Assembly: GCA_913775595.1 (NCBI GenBank)
Contig: CAJYLB010000001.1
Coordinates: 558,001 to 622,000, forward strand
Source: an uncultured Aquiluna sp.
GTDB taxonomy: Bacteria > Actinomycetota > Actinomycetes > Actinomycetales > Microbacteriaceae
Direction: 5' to 3'
Length of the DNA stretch: 64,000 nt
Positions 41,786 to 51,823 of this stretch are shown in pieces (positions within the stretch are counted from its first letter, which is position 1; every line of letters starts with the position of its first letter). Below the pieces are notes generated by a model. The model did no database searches. It was not told where the DNA came from and saw only the letters and a program-made list of their open reading frames with translations. The translations under genes were made by a program, and so were the position numbers.

Positions 41786-42851
41786 CGCCCGGCAGCTTTC
41801 GCACAATCACAGAGAGAATACGGCCCCTGCGAGCATCGACCCTCTCGGCGGTTAGCTCCAAGCCAGCTATCTCAACGACCTCTCCTCCCGAAGGCAGCTG
41901 ACCGACTGCCTTTGTTAGCAAGCCCGCCACCGTGTCAACATCCTCATCCTCGATTTCGAGCTCACAGTGCTCGGAGATTTCATCGAGTGTCACCCTCGGG
42001 CTCACGCGGTAGCGGCTGTTTCCAAGGTCCTCGATGCCGCTTTCTTCTCTGTCGTACTCGTCACTGATCTCGCCAACAAGCTCCTCGATGAGGTCTTCAA
42101 TTGAAACCAGCCCTGCAACTCCCCCGTACTCGTCAGCAACCATCGCTATCTGGGTCCTCGAGAGCTGCATCTCCCGGAGCAGCTCTGATACGACCTTGGT
42201 TTCAGGGACAAATACCGGCTTGCGACAGATCTCGGCGGCAGTCTTGGTCTCAAGGTGCTGAGGGTTTTGATGAATAACCTTTGTTACGTCCTTGAGGTAG
42301 AGAACGCCCACGACATCATCAACGTCCTCGCCAATCACAGGCAATCTTGAGTAGCCGGTGCTGATGAACGCCGAAAGTGCCTTCTCTAGGGTCACATCGC
42401 TGTCGAGAACCTCGATGTCGACTCGTGGAACCATGACCTCCCGGACGACTGTCTCGGAAAACTCTTCGACTGACTCCATTAGCTCCTGCTCGTAACTCTC
42501 AAGCTGCTCCGGAGTCTTGAGCCTCAGCGGCTTAACGAGATTCGCCCATGCGGAAACAAGCGAGTCGGCCTTTTGGGCCAAACGAGAAGCGAAGGCAAAC
42601 CTGCCAATGCGGCGCCCCAGAAACTGCTGAATCAACCAAATGAGGAACAGGGATCCAGCGAGGATCGCACTAAAGAGAGTGAGTGAATCCGAAATCGAAA
42701 TCCAGAACGCGGCTAGGACGACTAGCAGAAAAGCACGTGCAATTGAAAGAGCTCCAGCCCTCTCATCCTCCTCTATTTCAAGGTGAGTCTGAATCGCCGC
42801 GAGGAAAGTCAGCAAAACCAAAGCGCCAAGGCCCAAAGAGAGCTCAAGCAT
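41778..42851 (-). CDS. Hemolysin/CorC-family CBS-domain protein with short TM N-terminus
   Basis: VREVMVPRVD, GYSRLPV, DEYGG.AGLV.IEDL.EE.VGEI.DEYD and CorC_HlyC C-terminus; start placed at ATG 42851. Confidence 0.88.
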   Translation of the reverse strand: MLELSLGLGALVLLTFLAAIQTHLEIEEDERAGALSIARAFLLVVLAAFWISISDSLTLFSAILAGSLFLIWLIQQFLGRRIGRFAFASRLAQKADSLVSAWANLVKPLRLKTPEQLESYEQELMESVEEFSETVVREVMVPRVDIEVLDSDVTLEKALSAFISTGYSRLPVIGEDVDDVVGVLYLKDVTKVIHQNPQHLETKTAAEICRKPVFVPETKVVSELLREMQLSRTQIAMVADEYGGVAGLVSIEDLIEELVGEISDEYDREESGIEDLGNSRYRVSPRVTLDEISEHCELEIEDEDVDTVAGLLTKAVGQLPSGGEVVEIAGLELTAERVDARRGRILSVIVRKLPGDE

Positions 42852-43305
42852 CTTTTTCTCTCTCGTAGAACGAGTCGAGGAGTTCTTTTTGAAGCGCGAA
42901 CATTTCTTTCTCCTCCTCTGGCTCTGCGTGATCAAAACCGACAAGGTGGAGCATGCCGTGAGTAAGTAGCATGAGCATCTCGTTCATCTCTGGATGCCCC
43001 GCCACCTCCGCCTGTCGCCTTGCAACCTGCGGGCAGATGACAACATCTCCAAGCACGCCTTCGGCACTGAGCATCTCGTCGGAGCCCGGTCTGAGCTCAT
43101 CCATGGGAAAACTAAGGACATCAGTCGGACCAGGCTCATCCATCCAGCGAATATGCAGGTCGGTCATTGGGGCTTCATCGACAAATATGATCCCGACATC
43201 GACCAAGGGGTGCAGTCTCAGTGATTCCCGGACGTGCTCAGCTAAGAGCTGGACACGTGTGAGGTCGACGGCAACCTCAGATTCGTTCGTGATTTCGATT
43301 GTCAC
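42844..43305 (-). CDS. ybeY: Endoribonuclease YbeY
   Basis: PTDVLSFP, LGDVVIC and HGMLHLVGFDH. Confidence 0.96.
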   Translation of the reverse strand: MTIEITNESEVAVDLTRVQLLAEHVRESLRLHPLVDVGIIFVDEAPMTDLHIRWMDEPGPTDVLSFPMDELRPGSDEMLSAEGVLGDVVICPQVARRQAEVAGHPEMNEMLMLLTHGMLHLVGFDHAEPEEEKEMFALQKELLDSFYEREKDA

Positions 43306-44243
43306 TTGTTACCCGCGCGATCGTAGGCATCGACAATGCGCGTCACCAGCTCATGGCGAACCACATCCTTGCTCGAGAGCTTTGCAATGTGCAGGTCTGA
43401 TACATCAGAAAGGATCGACGTGGCAACATCCAGGCCCGACTTGCCGGTGGGCAAATCAACCTGCGTGACATCGCCGGTCACAACCATCTTCGAGCCAAAG
43501 CCAAGCCTGGTCAGGAACATCTTCATCTGTTCAGCTGTGGTGTTCTGTGCCTCGTCAAGAATGATGAAACTGTCATTAAGCGTTCGCCCGCGCATGTATG
43601 CAAGCGGGGCAACTTCAATTACTCCCGACTCCATGAGTTTGGCCGTTGCGTCCGGCTCGAGCATCTCCTGGAGTGCGTCAAAGAGTGGCCTTAGGTAGGG
43701 ATCGATTTTCTCGCTGAGTGTCCCAGGGAGGTAGCCAAGTCGCTCACCGGCTTCAACAGCCGGTCTGGTCAAAATGATTCTGCTGACCTGTTTGCGATAG
43801 AGCGCTGAGACGGCCTTAGCCACTGCCAAGTAGGTCTTTCCGGTTCCAGCGGGTCCGATGCCAAAGGTGATTGTGTGATCGTCTATTGCCTGCAGGTACT
43901 GCCTTTGGCCTAAAGTCTTTGCCCTCACGGTTTTGGCCGGCGTCTGAATAGAACCAGCACCCAAAACCTTTGAGGGGATCTGGTCAGACTCCAACATCCG
44001 AATGCTCTCTGTCACCATTTTCTTGTCAGGGCTCACACCCTGCTTGATTAGCTCAGCTAGCTCAAGTACGACCCGCTGACCAGTTTCGATTGCAGACTGG
44101 TCACCCTCAAGGGAGAAGTCGTGGCCACGGTTTTGCACCTTTAGGCCTGGAATCTCTTTTTCAAGCTGACGGATCAAGCTGTCTTCGCTACCCAAGAGGT
44201 CCAGTAGCGCAACTGGAGGTGCTTCAAAACTGAGTTTTGGCAC
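43302..44243 (-). CDS. phoH: PhoH-family ATPase
   Basis: GPAGTGKTYLA, RPAVEAGE.LG.LPG, PLAYMRGRT, DEAQN and GD.TQ.DLP. Confidence 0.94.
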   Translation of the reverse strand: MPKLSFEAPPVALLDLLGSEDSLIRQLEKEIPGLKVQNRGHDFSLEGDQSAIETGQRVVLELAELIKQGVSPDKKMVTESIRMLESDQIPSKVLGAGSIQTPAKTVRAKTLGQRQYLQAIDDHTITFGIGPAGTGKTYLAVAKAVSALYRKQVSRIILTRPAVEAGERLGYLPGTLSEKIDPYLRPLFDALQEMLEPDATAKLMESGVIEVAPLAYMRGRTLNDSFIILDEAQNTTAEQMKMFLTRLGFGSKMVVTGDVTQVDLPTGKSGLDVATSILSDVSDLHIAKLSSKDVVRHELVTRIVDAYDRAGNK

Positions 44244-44557
44244 TAAACCGCCCGTCCCGATAAAACATGAGCGTGGGTGTGGAAGACGGTTTGACCCTCG
44301 AGTTCTCCGCTGTTGAACTGTAGGCGAAATTGCCCGTCGGTAAACTTCGCCGCAACCTCACGAATCAAGGAATGTAGTCCAGTCAGAACAGCCGAATCTG
44401 TGATCTGTGCGATGTTTGCAGAGTGCTCGCGCGGCACTACCAAAATGTGCGTCTTCGCCAATGGCTTGATGTCGCGAAATGCAACGGCATGGTCATTTTC
44501 GGCGATGATTTCCGTGCCGAATTCCCCAGCGACAATTTTGCAAAAGATGCAGTCCAA
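44243..44557 (-). CDS. HIT-family nucleotide-binding protein
   Basis: CIFCKI, AFRDI.P and GQTVFHTHAHVL histidine triad. Confidence 0.92.
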   Translation of the reverse strand: MDCIFCKIVAGEFGTEIIAENDHAVAFRDIKPLAKTHILVVPREHSANIAQITDSAVLTGLHSLIREVAAKFTDGQFRLQFNSGELEGQTVFHTHAHVLSGRAV

Positions 44558-44586
44558 CTAGACCTCCAATTTCATACTACGCAACT

Positions 44587-45279
44587 TCACCAAAGCCCGC
44601 GCATAGTCTTCAGAGCCGCAATCGCAGCCGGTCCAGCGGTACTGGTGCGCATGACCGCGTCACCCAGGCGATAGGAGACGAACCCAGCTCGCTTTAGCTG
44701 ATCAATTTCAGAGTCAGAAATGCCGCCCTCTGGGCCCACGACAATCGAATAGGACGCAAACTCTCTGTCTAGCTCTGCCAACGACAACTCTGCGGTTGGA
44801 TCCAAGATAATTCCGTGACCTAATGGTCTGAGTGCCGCTGTCGATAAAGGTCCCGAGATTTCAGGAAGAAAAGCCTGCCGGCTCTGCTTCATTGCACCAA
44901 TTGCGATCTGCTGCCAACGCTCCCGGTTCTTGTCCTCTTTTCCAGTCCATCTGGAGACCGAGTGTTCTGCCTGCCACGCAACTACGGATGTGCAGCCGAG
45001 TTCAACAGAGGCCTGGAGAGCTAGCTCGTCGCGGTCACCCTTGGCAATGCCCTGAATCAATTGAATCTGGAGTGTTTCGGGAGCTTTGTGCTCTAAGGAT
45101 TGAACCCGCACCTCGCCAGTGCCAGGATTTGCGGCCTCACAGAGAAATACGCCTCCCCGGCCGTCAGTCACGACAAGCCCTTCTCCTTCGCGAATGCGAA
45201 GCGACTTGAAGTGTTGAACCTCGTCCACTCGAACCTTGCTGGATTCGGCTGAGAAGGTCGGGTCATAGAACCAGTGCAC
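44587..45279 (-). CDS. rsmE: 16S rRNA m3U1498 methyltransferase
   Basis: KGDR.E...Q..VELG, A.KQSR, VGPEGG and LG..VMRTSTAG. Confidence 0.93.
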   Translation of the reverse strand: MHWFYDPTFSAESSKVRVDEVQHFKSLRIREGEGLVVTDGRGGVFLCEAANPGTGEVRVQSLEHKAPETLQIQLIQGIAKGDRDELALQASVELGCTSVVAWQAEHSVSRWTGKEDKNRERWQQIAIGAMKQSRQAFLPEISGPLSTAALRPLGHGIILDPTAELSLAELDREFASYSIVVGPEGGISDSEIDQLKRAGFVSYRLGDAVMRTSTAGPAAIAALKTMRGLW

Positions 45280-46328
45280 TAAAAGCGGCCCTTTGCTCGC
45301 CGGCTGCCAAGTCTTGGGCCGTCTCCTTTGTGGAGTTCTCGCAATTTCTTAAAGATGTCTTTCGACTTGGAATCCAGCCTGGAGGGTGTCAGGACGTTTA
45401 CCTGGAGATGGAGATCTCCTCGACCTCTCCCCCTGAGTCTCGTGGCACCAAGACCTTTGAGAGTCACAACATCGCCGTGCTGGGCACCTGCCTTCACCTC
45501 GACCTTGCTTGGTCCGTCAAATGTCTCGACCTCTGTTGTGAAGCCGAGCGCCGCGTCAGCAACCGGCACTTCAAGAATCCCAACTAGGTCATCGCCGTCT
45601 CTGGCAAACACCGGGTGCGGCCTGACCGAAACCTCGAGATAGATGTCCCCTGCTGACCCGCCTGCAAATCCAACCTCACCTTGGCCTGGAAGATGAAGAC
45701 GCAATCCATCGCTCACACCCGCAGGTATCTCAACGTCCAGGTCGCGCTTTGCCCTGATTCGCCCCTGCCCGCGACAATCGGGGCAAGGCGAAGGAACAAC
45801 CTCGCCAGCGCCTCGACATACGTTGCAAGGTGCGGTGGTTACCATCATCCCCATGAACGACTGAACCTGCCTTTGAATCTGGCCACTACCGCCACAGATA
45901 TCACAGGTCTTCACGCTGGTCCCTGGCTTAGCCCCGCTCTGCGAACAAGTGTCGCAGCCAATGGCGGTATCTATGGTGAGAGTCTTGTTAGCCCCAAAAA
46001 TCGACTCGTCTAAATCCAGATCCATGCGCAGAAGGGCATCTTGACCTCTCTCGGAGCGAGATCTTCTTCCCCGCTGCGGTGCACCAAAGAAACTGTCGAA
46101 GATGTCGCCGAGACCAAACCCCTGCTCACCGCCACGGTCATATTGAGCTCTGGCATTAGGGTCTGAAAGGACTTCATAGGCGTGGGTCACGAGCTTAAAT
46201 CGCTCCTGGGCGTCCTCTGCTGGATTGATGTCAGGGTGGAGTTCGCGCGCGAGCTTGCGATAGGCCTTCTTGATTTCCTCCGAAGACGCGTCCGGAGATA
46301 CTCCAAGGACCTGATAGTGGTCACTCAA
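45279..46328 (-). CDS. dnaJ: Chaperone DnaJ (dnaJ2 type)
   Basis: J-domain HPD motif; four CxxCxGxG-type repeats. Confidence 0.95.
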   Translation of the reverse strand: MSDHYQVLGVSPDASSEEIKKAYRKLARELHPDINPAEDAQERFKLVTHAYEVLSDPNARAQYDRGGEQGFGLGDIFDSFFGAPQRGRRSRSERGQDALLRMDLDLDESIFGANKTLTIDTAIGCDTCSQSGAKPGTSVKTCDICGGSGQIQRQVQSFMGMMVTTAPCNVCRGAGEVVPSPCPDCRGQGRIRAKRDLDVEIPAGVSDGLRLHLPGQGEVGFAGGSAGDIYLEVSVRPHPVFARDGDDLVGILEVPVADAALGFTTEVETFDGPSKVEVKAGAQHGDVVTLKGLGATRLRGRGRGDLHLQVNVLTPSRLDSKSKDIFKKLRELHKGDGPRLGSRRAKGRF

Positions 46329-47350
46329 GAATTACCCTCCAGAAGCTTCGTCAGATACCTTGCAACCGCTCTTACCGAGGCAATGTTCCCCGAGTAGTCC
46401 ATGCGCGTTGGACCCAAAACCCCAAGCTTCGCAACCTCGGTTCCGCTCTTTTCGTAACCACTTACGACGAGAGAGGTGTGGGTGAGGTCAGCAAGTCCCA
46501 GCTCTGAACCAATCCGGAGCCCAACACCAAACTGGTCGGCATGAAGCTCATCAAGAAGCTTTAGCAGTACTACCTGCTCCTCAATCGCCTCGAGGACTTT
46601 CGAGAGCTCGCCAGAAAAATCCTGGTCCTGCTTTACCAAATTCGCAGCGCCAGAGACGACCAGCTTCTCCTGGCGGTTGGCCTCGACAAGTGAAATCAAG
46701 GAATCGAGAATCTTGCTAACAGTGCCCCTTCGCTCAGGAGAAAACTCCTCGGCGAGGTTCCTTAGCTTCTCCTCAACACCGGCAAGCTGGCCTCCGGCAA
46801 GCATGCCATTTAGCCTGCCTCTGAGCTGATGAATCAGCTCCTCGTCAATCGCATCGTTGCTTTCAATTTGAAGCTGCTGAATCCTTCCGGAATCCACGAT
46901 GAGCATCAGCAGTACTCGCTTTTCACTAAGAGGGATGAGCTCGATGTGCTGGACTGCTGACCTGCCAAGTGAGGGGTATTGAACCAGGGCAAGTGCATTG
47001 GTTAGCTGAGACAGGCTCCGTGCGGTGCGCTCCACAACCTCATCAAGATCATTTGCCTCGTCCAGGAAACTCTCAATTGCGTTGCGCTCTGGCGAAGACA
47101 GCGGCTTGATTTCCCCGAGGTGATCAACAAAGAGCCTGTACCCCTTTTCCGTCGGGATTCTGCCAGAGGAGGTGTGAAGGCCGGTGATCAATTCTTCTTC
47201 TTCCAGAAGGGCCATGTCGTTTCTCACGGTTGCCGCTGAGACGCCAAGTGGATGACGATCTAGAAGCGACTTAGAGCCAACGGGCTGGTTAGACGAAATG
47301 AAGTCCTGGACAATCGCCCTTAGGACATCAAGAGATCTCTCTGGAATCAT
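46325..47350 (-). CDS. hrcA: Heat-inducible transcription repressor HrcA
   Basis: [33 protein letters not shown] and GPTRMDY. Confidence 0.96.
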   Translation of the reverse strand: MIPERSLDVLRAIVQDFISSNQPVGSKSLLDRHPLGVSAATVRNDMALLEEEELITGLHTSSGRIPTEKGYRLFVDHLGEIKPLSSPERNAIESFLDEANDLDEVVERTARSLSQLTNALALVQYPSLGRSAVQHIELIPLSEKRVLLMLIVDSGRIQQLQIESNDAIDEELIHQLRGRLNGMLAGGQLAGVEEKLRNLAEEFSPERRGTVSKILDSLISLVEANRQEKLVVSGAANLVKQDQDFSGELSKVLEAIEEQVVLLKLLDELHADQFGVGLRIGSELGLADLTHTSLVVSGYEKSGTEVAKLGVLGPTRMDYSGNIASVRAVARYLTKLLEGNS

Positions 47351-47376
47351 TGGCACTCACCTAACCTGAGTGCCAA
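47350..47376. promoter_or_regulatory. CIRCE operator (HrcA binding site)
   Basis: TTGGCACTC-N9-GAGTGCCAA perfect inverted repeat matching CIRCE, between the TAGAAT -10 (47381-47376) and the hrcA start. Confidence 0.92.
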
Positions 47377-47393
47377 TTCTAAACATTCATCAG

Positions 47394-48581
47394 TCAATGG
47401 CTGAGAAATTTCAGCACCAGCCCATCAACTATGAGCCGTCCCTTGGCCGATGCCCGCAATCGATCGCCTTCAATTAGCTCCAGGTTACCTCTTGCCAGTT
47501 CATCCGCCACCAGTTCCGCGGGCACCTGTAGTTCGGTAAACGTTGTTCTCGCAACACCCCACTTTGTCCGCAGCATAAGGAGCAGGGTCTCCTCTAGTAC
47601 TTGCCTCCTAGACAAGCGCTCCAAGCCAGCAGCCGGGGAGCCCTCCACAAGGTGCTTTTGATAGGTCGTTGGGTGTTTGTGGTTCCAAAAGCGATTGCCA
47701 TCAATGTGAGAATGCGCGCCCGGTCCGTACCCCCACCAATTCTGCGACTGCCAATAGGCGCTGTTGTGACGCGAGGGCTCACCCCAGTTTGAGACCTCGT
47801 ACCACTCAAGACCCGCCCCACCTATGAGCTGCGTTGCAATCTCGTACAGGTGAGCATTTAGATCCTCATTGGTTTCGCTTAGCTCCCCAGCAGCTATCTG
47901 GCGAGCAAGCTTCGTACCCGGCTCAATAATCAACGAATACGCCGAGATGTGGTCAGTCTCAAGCGCAAGTGCCTCACTGAGTGTCTCGGTCCAAGACTCG
48001 ACGGTTTCACCAGGTGCCCCGTAGATCAAATCGACGCTGACGGCCAGGCCAACGTCCTTGGCCGCTTGAACGAGGGACGCCACTCGCTCTGGATTGTGCT
48101 GCCTGTCGAGAGTTGCTAGCACGGCCTTGTCAAAGCTTTGGACACCCATGGACAAGCGATTTATACCGGCCTGCGAAATTTCCTCTAAATACCGCTCCGA
48201 AGTGGATTCGGGATTTGCCTCCAGCGTCAATTCGCAGTTCTCTGCTAGCCCGAAGGTGTCACTCAATTCACCCACGATTTGCTGGATCTGTTCCGCTGAG
48301 AAGAGCGATGGCGTTCCACCACCGATAAATACGGACGAGAGTTTCGGCATCTCACCAAGAACGGCATGGGAAAAGGCGATTTCCCTAATTAGTTGCTCAT
48401 GAAAAGAGGACTGACTAACACCACCTAACTCCTTGGCCGTGTAGGTATTGAAGTCGCAATAACCGCAACGAACCTCGCAGAACGGAACATGCACGTAGGC
48501 ATGAAAGCTGCGCGGTGAAGAATCTCTCTCCAGCCAGTTATCTTTGGGCCAGGGGGCTCCTACAGGCAGAGCGCTTGGCAC
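47394..48581 (-). CDS. hemW: Radical SAM heme chaperone HemW (HemN-like)
   Basis: YVHVPFCEVRCGYCDFNTY, GGGTPS, EANP, DLIYG.PG, YEVSNW and HN..YW. Confidence 0.93.
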   Translation of the reverse strand: MPSALPVGAPWPKDNWLERDSSPRSFHAYVHVPFCEVRCGYCDFNTYTAKELGGVSQSSFHEQLIREIAFSHAVLGEMPKLSSVFIGGGTPSLFSAEQIQQIVGELSDTFGLAENCELTLEANPESTSERYLEEISQAGINRLSMGVQSFDKAVLATLDRQHNPERVASLVQAAKDVGLAVSVDLIYGAPGETVESWTETLSEALALETDHISAYSLIIEPGTKLARQIAAGELSETNEDLNAHLYEIATQLIGGAGLEWYEVSNWGEPSRHNSAYWQSQNWWGYGPGAHSHIDGNRFWNHKHPTTYQKHLVEGSPAAGLERLSRRQVLEETLLLMLRTKWGVARTTFTELQVPAELVADELARGNLELIEGDRLRASAKGRLIVDGLVLKFLSH

Positions 48582-50432
48582 CTATTTCTTCGCCGCCTTG
48601 GAATCGTCAGAGCTGAGAGCCGCAATGAAAGCTTCCTGTGGCACTTCGACTCTGCCGACCATCTTCATGCGCTTCTTGCCCTCTTTTTGTTTCTCCAGGA
48701 GCTTGCGCTTTCGTGTGATGTCACCGCCATAGCACTTAGCCAAGACGTCTTTACGGATTGCCCTGATGGTCTCTCTCGCGATAACCCTCGCACCAACTGC
48801 CGCCTGAATCGGAACCTCAAACTGCTGCCTCGGGATCAGCTCCCGCAACTTGCCAGCAATCCTGACACCGTGGGCGTAAGCCTTGTCCTTGTGAACTATT
48901 GCCGAAAAGGCGTCAACCTTCTCTCCTTGTAGGAGCAGGTCTACCCTCACAAGATCTCCGACATTGAACCCGTCGTCCTCGTAATCAAGGGAGGCGTAGC
49001 CCTGGGTCTTACTCTTTAGCTGATCAAAGAAATCAAAGACGATTTCTGCCAAAGGCAAGCGGTAACGAATCTGCACTCGATCTTCGCCCAGATATTGCAT
49101 GTCCATCATGGTTCCGCGCTTGGTCTGGCATAACTCCATGATCGTTCCCACGTAGTCCTTTGGGGCCAAAATGGTTGCCTTCACCATCGGCTCCTCCACC
49201 TCCGCGATCTTGCCGTCGGGATACTCAGATGGATTGGTTACGACGAGCTCTGTGCCATCGTCTTTGCGCACGTGATAAACCACAGACGGGCTTGTAGCGA
49301 TGAGGGCAAGACCAAACTCTCTCTCGAGTCTCTCGGTGATGATCTCGAGATGTAGAAGGCCTAGGAAACCGCACCTAAAGCCGAATCCAAGAGCTGCAGA
49401 GGTCTCTGGTTCGTAGACCAGGGAAGCATCGCTGAGTCTCAGCTTGTCCAGCGCCTCTCTTAGATCTGGGTAGTCGCTGCCGTCAATTGGATAGATGCCC
49501 GAGAAGACCATGGGCTTCGGCTCTGCATAGCCCTTCAGCGGTGAGGCCGCAGGCTTCGTCTTGGTGGTTACAGTGTCACCCACCTTTGATTGACGCACGT
49601 CTTTTACGCCGGTGATCAGGTAGCCAACCTCCCCCACACCTAGACCCTTGGTCGCCCTGGGTTCAGGAGAAATAACGCCAATCTCCAAAAGCTCATGAAC
49701 AGCCTTGGTAGACATCATTTGGATGCTTTCTCTCGGCTTGAGCGAACCGTCGATCATCCTCACATAGGTAACGACGCCGCGATACGAGTCGTACACCGAG
49801 TCGAAAATCATGGCTCTCGCGGGAGCATCAGTGTCACCCTTTGGCGGGGGAACCCGCTTGACGATTAGGTCCATCAGCTCGGAAACTCCGGCTCCCGTCT
49901 TCCCTGAAACCCGCAAGCAGTCATCAGGGTCTCCCCCGATCAAATTCGCAAGCTCCTCGGCAAACTTTTCGGGTTGCGCAGCTGGCAAATCAATCTTGTT
50001 CAAAACAGGAATGATCTCTAGGTCATTTTCCAAGGCTAGGTAGAGATTGGCTAGCGTCTGAGCCTCGATGCCTTGTGCAGCGTCGACGAGCAGAACAGCT
50101 CCCTCACAAGCTGCCAGGGACCTTGACACTTCGTAGGTGAAATCCACGTGTCCGGGTGTATCAATCATGTTAAGCGCGTAGGCCTGGCCATCCGCCTCCC
50201 AAGGAAGCCTCACAGCCTGACTCTTGATAGTGATTCCCCGCTCACGCTCAATGTCCATCCGGTCTAGGTACTGTGCGCGCATCTCACGCTCGGACACGAT
50301 CCCAGTGAGTTGTAGCATGCGATCGGCAAGGGTGGACTTGCCGTGGTCGATGTGGGCAATGATGCAAAAATTCCTGATGAGCTCAGCTGGCGTCTGACTC
50401 GGCTCTAGAGCCTTGGGTGCGCTGGGCGACAA
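48582..50432 (-). CDS. lepA: Elongation factor 4
   Basis: [33 protein letters not shown] and [18 protein letters not shown]. Confidence 0.98.
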   Translation of the reverse strand: MSPSAPKALEPSQTPAELIRNFCIIAHIDHGKSTLADRMLQLTGIVSEREMRAQYLDRMDIERERGITIKSQAVRLPWEADGQAYALNMIDTPGHVDFTYEVSRSLAACEGAVLLVDAAQGIEAQTLANLYLALENDLEIIPVLNKIDLPAAQPEKFAEELANLIGGDPDDCLRVSGKTGAGVSELMDLIVKRVPPPKGDTDAPARAMIFDSVYDSYRGVVTYVRMIDGSLKPRESIQMMSTKAVHELLEIGVISPEPRATKGLGVGEVGYLITGVKDVRQSKVGDTVTTKTKPAASPLKGYAEPKPMVFSGIYPIDGSDYPDLREALDKLRLSDASLVYEPETSAALGFGFRCGFLGLLHLEIITERLEREFGLALIATSPSVVYHVRKDDGTELVVTNPSEYPDGKIAEVEEPMVKATILAPKDYVGTIMELCQTKRGTMMDMQYLGEDRVQIRYRLPLAEIVFDFFDQLKSKTQGYASLDYEDDGFNVGDLVRVDLLLQGEKVDAFSAIVHKDKAYAHGVRIAGKLRELIPRQQFEVPIQAAVGARVIARETIRAIRKDVLAKCYGGDITRKRKLLEKQKEGKKRMKMVGRVEVPQEAFIAALSSDDSKAAKK

Positions 50433-50570
50433 ACTAACCTCATTTAGGGAAAAGCAACGGAGGCTCCAATTCTCTCAGATGCTTGCCCAGAAATAATCCC
50501 CCTGATAGAGTTTTAGCTTGTTCTGGGGTTTCTCCTAAGAAAAAAGATTTTTCATTTTAGAAAGTGAAAC

Positions 50571-50831
50571 ATGGCCAACATTAAGTCCAAAATCAAGCGG
50601 ATTGGAACCAACCGCAAGGCGGAAGAGCGCAACAAGGCTGTCCGCACCGAGCTGAAGAGCGCAGTCCGCGCCGCTCGCGAGGCAGCAGCATCAGGCGACA
50701 AGAAGGCCGCCGAAGCCGCTCTGCAGAATGCAACTCGCAAGCTGGATAAGGCTGTTAGCAAAGGCGTAGTCCACAAGAACCAGGCTGCCAATCGCAAGAG
50801 TGCAATCGCGAAGAAAGTCGCAAGCCTCTAA
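50571..50831 (+). CDS. rpsT: 30S ribosomal protein S20
   Basis: [27 protein letters not shown]. Confidence 0.97.
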   Translation: MANIKSKIKRIGTNRKAEERNKAVRTELKSAVRAAREAAASGDKKAAEAALQNATRKLDKAVSKGVVHKNQAANRKSAIAKKVASL

Positions 50832-50847
50832 GTTTTTAGATCTAACT

Positions 50848-50874
50848 AGGGCCAGGAGAAATCTTGGCCCTTTT
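50848..50874 (+). terminator. Intrinsic terminator after rpsT
   Basis: AGGGCCAGGA-GAAA-TCTTGGCCCT followed by TTT. Confidence 0.8.
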
Positions 50875-51823
50875 AGTTTGCCCGGGCCATGGCCAGCAGG
50901 AGACGCTCAACCGAGTATTCGGGGTCTCGAGAAGCTCCCTTGACGTCCGCATCTGTTTGGGCGGCAAGCTGAACGAGACCCGCCAACTCCTGTTCCTGCC
51001 AACCGCTGAGCTCTTTCCTAGCCTTGTCTATTTGCCACGGTTGCATGCCAAGGGTCGCAGGGGAAGCGTTTCGATCATTGAAGAGCCTGGCAAGCTGGCG
51101 AATCCTCATGCTGAGCGCAGCGACAAGAGCAACCGAATCAATACCGGTTGCGAATCCGTGGCGGAAAAGTCGTATAGCCTCCGCTGCGTTTCCAGAGAGC
51201 GCCGCATCCGCGATTTTGAATGCGTTTGTCTCCACCCGCCCTCCAAAAGCAGCCTCAACGTCTTCAAGCGCGACCTTGGCATGTGTGGAGCTCAGTTGGG
51301 AGCAAGCGGCGCCAAGCTCGCCAAGATCGGAGCTGAATGCGCTAATTAGTGCGCGTATTGCCTGTTGATCAATCGGCACGCCTGCTCGGGTGAATTCACG
51401 CTTTACAAAGTCAATGCGTTCAGAATCCTTTTTTAGCTCCTCACAGCTGACACTCAGCGCCTGCTTCGCAAGTTCCTTTCTGATCTTGCCGCTGTGACCA
51501 ACCATGTTCGGTAGCCTCACGACGACCGTGCAGCCATCAACTGGATCTGCAAGCAGCTGCTTCAGATCCTCGAGTAGCCCCTCCCCTGCGCCATGAATGA
51601 TTACCATCCTGGGCTCGGCAAACAAAGAAGGAGAAGCAAAGTCGAAGAGCTTTCCTGCTGTGTATGTTCCCTCTTGAATTTCACTTACTTCGAGTTCTGG
51701 GTTTGCCTGACGAAGCTGTTCACGGATGGTCCTTATCGACTTCGATGCAAGGTAACTCTCGGGCCCCACAACCAGGACAAGCGGAGCAGGCTTCGCTTCA
51801 AACCAGTGCACTGTCCCGCTCAC
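50873..51823 (-). CDS. holA: DNA polymerase III delta subunit
   Basis: GPESYLA, SPSLFAE, F.IADAA..G, PWQIDKAR and D..VKG; position between comEC and rpsT. Confidence 0.92.
   Translation of the reverse strand: MSGTVHWFEAKPAPLVLVVGPESYLASKSIRTIREQLRQANPELEVSEIQEGTYTAGKLFDFASPSLFAEPRMVIIHGAGEGLLEDLKQLLADPVDGCTVVVRLPNMVGHSGKIRKELAKQALSVSCEELKKDSERIDFVKREFTRAGVPIDQQAIRALISAFSSDLGELGAACSQLSSTHAKVALEDVEAAFGGRVETNAFKIADAALSGNAAEAIRLFRHGFATGIDSVALVAALSMRIRQLARLFNDRNASPATLGMQPWQIDKARKELSGWQEQELAGLVQLAAQTDADVKGASRDPEYSVERLLLAMARAN

Noticed and set aside
50486..50527. CCCAGAA/TTCTGGG inverted repeat between lepA and rpsT
   Set aside because: Only 7 bp with a long loop spanning the probable promoter; insufficient support
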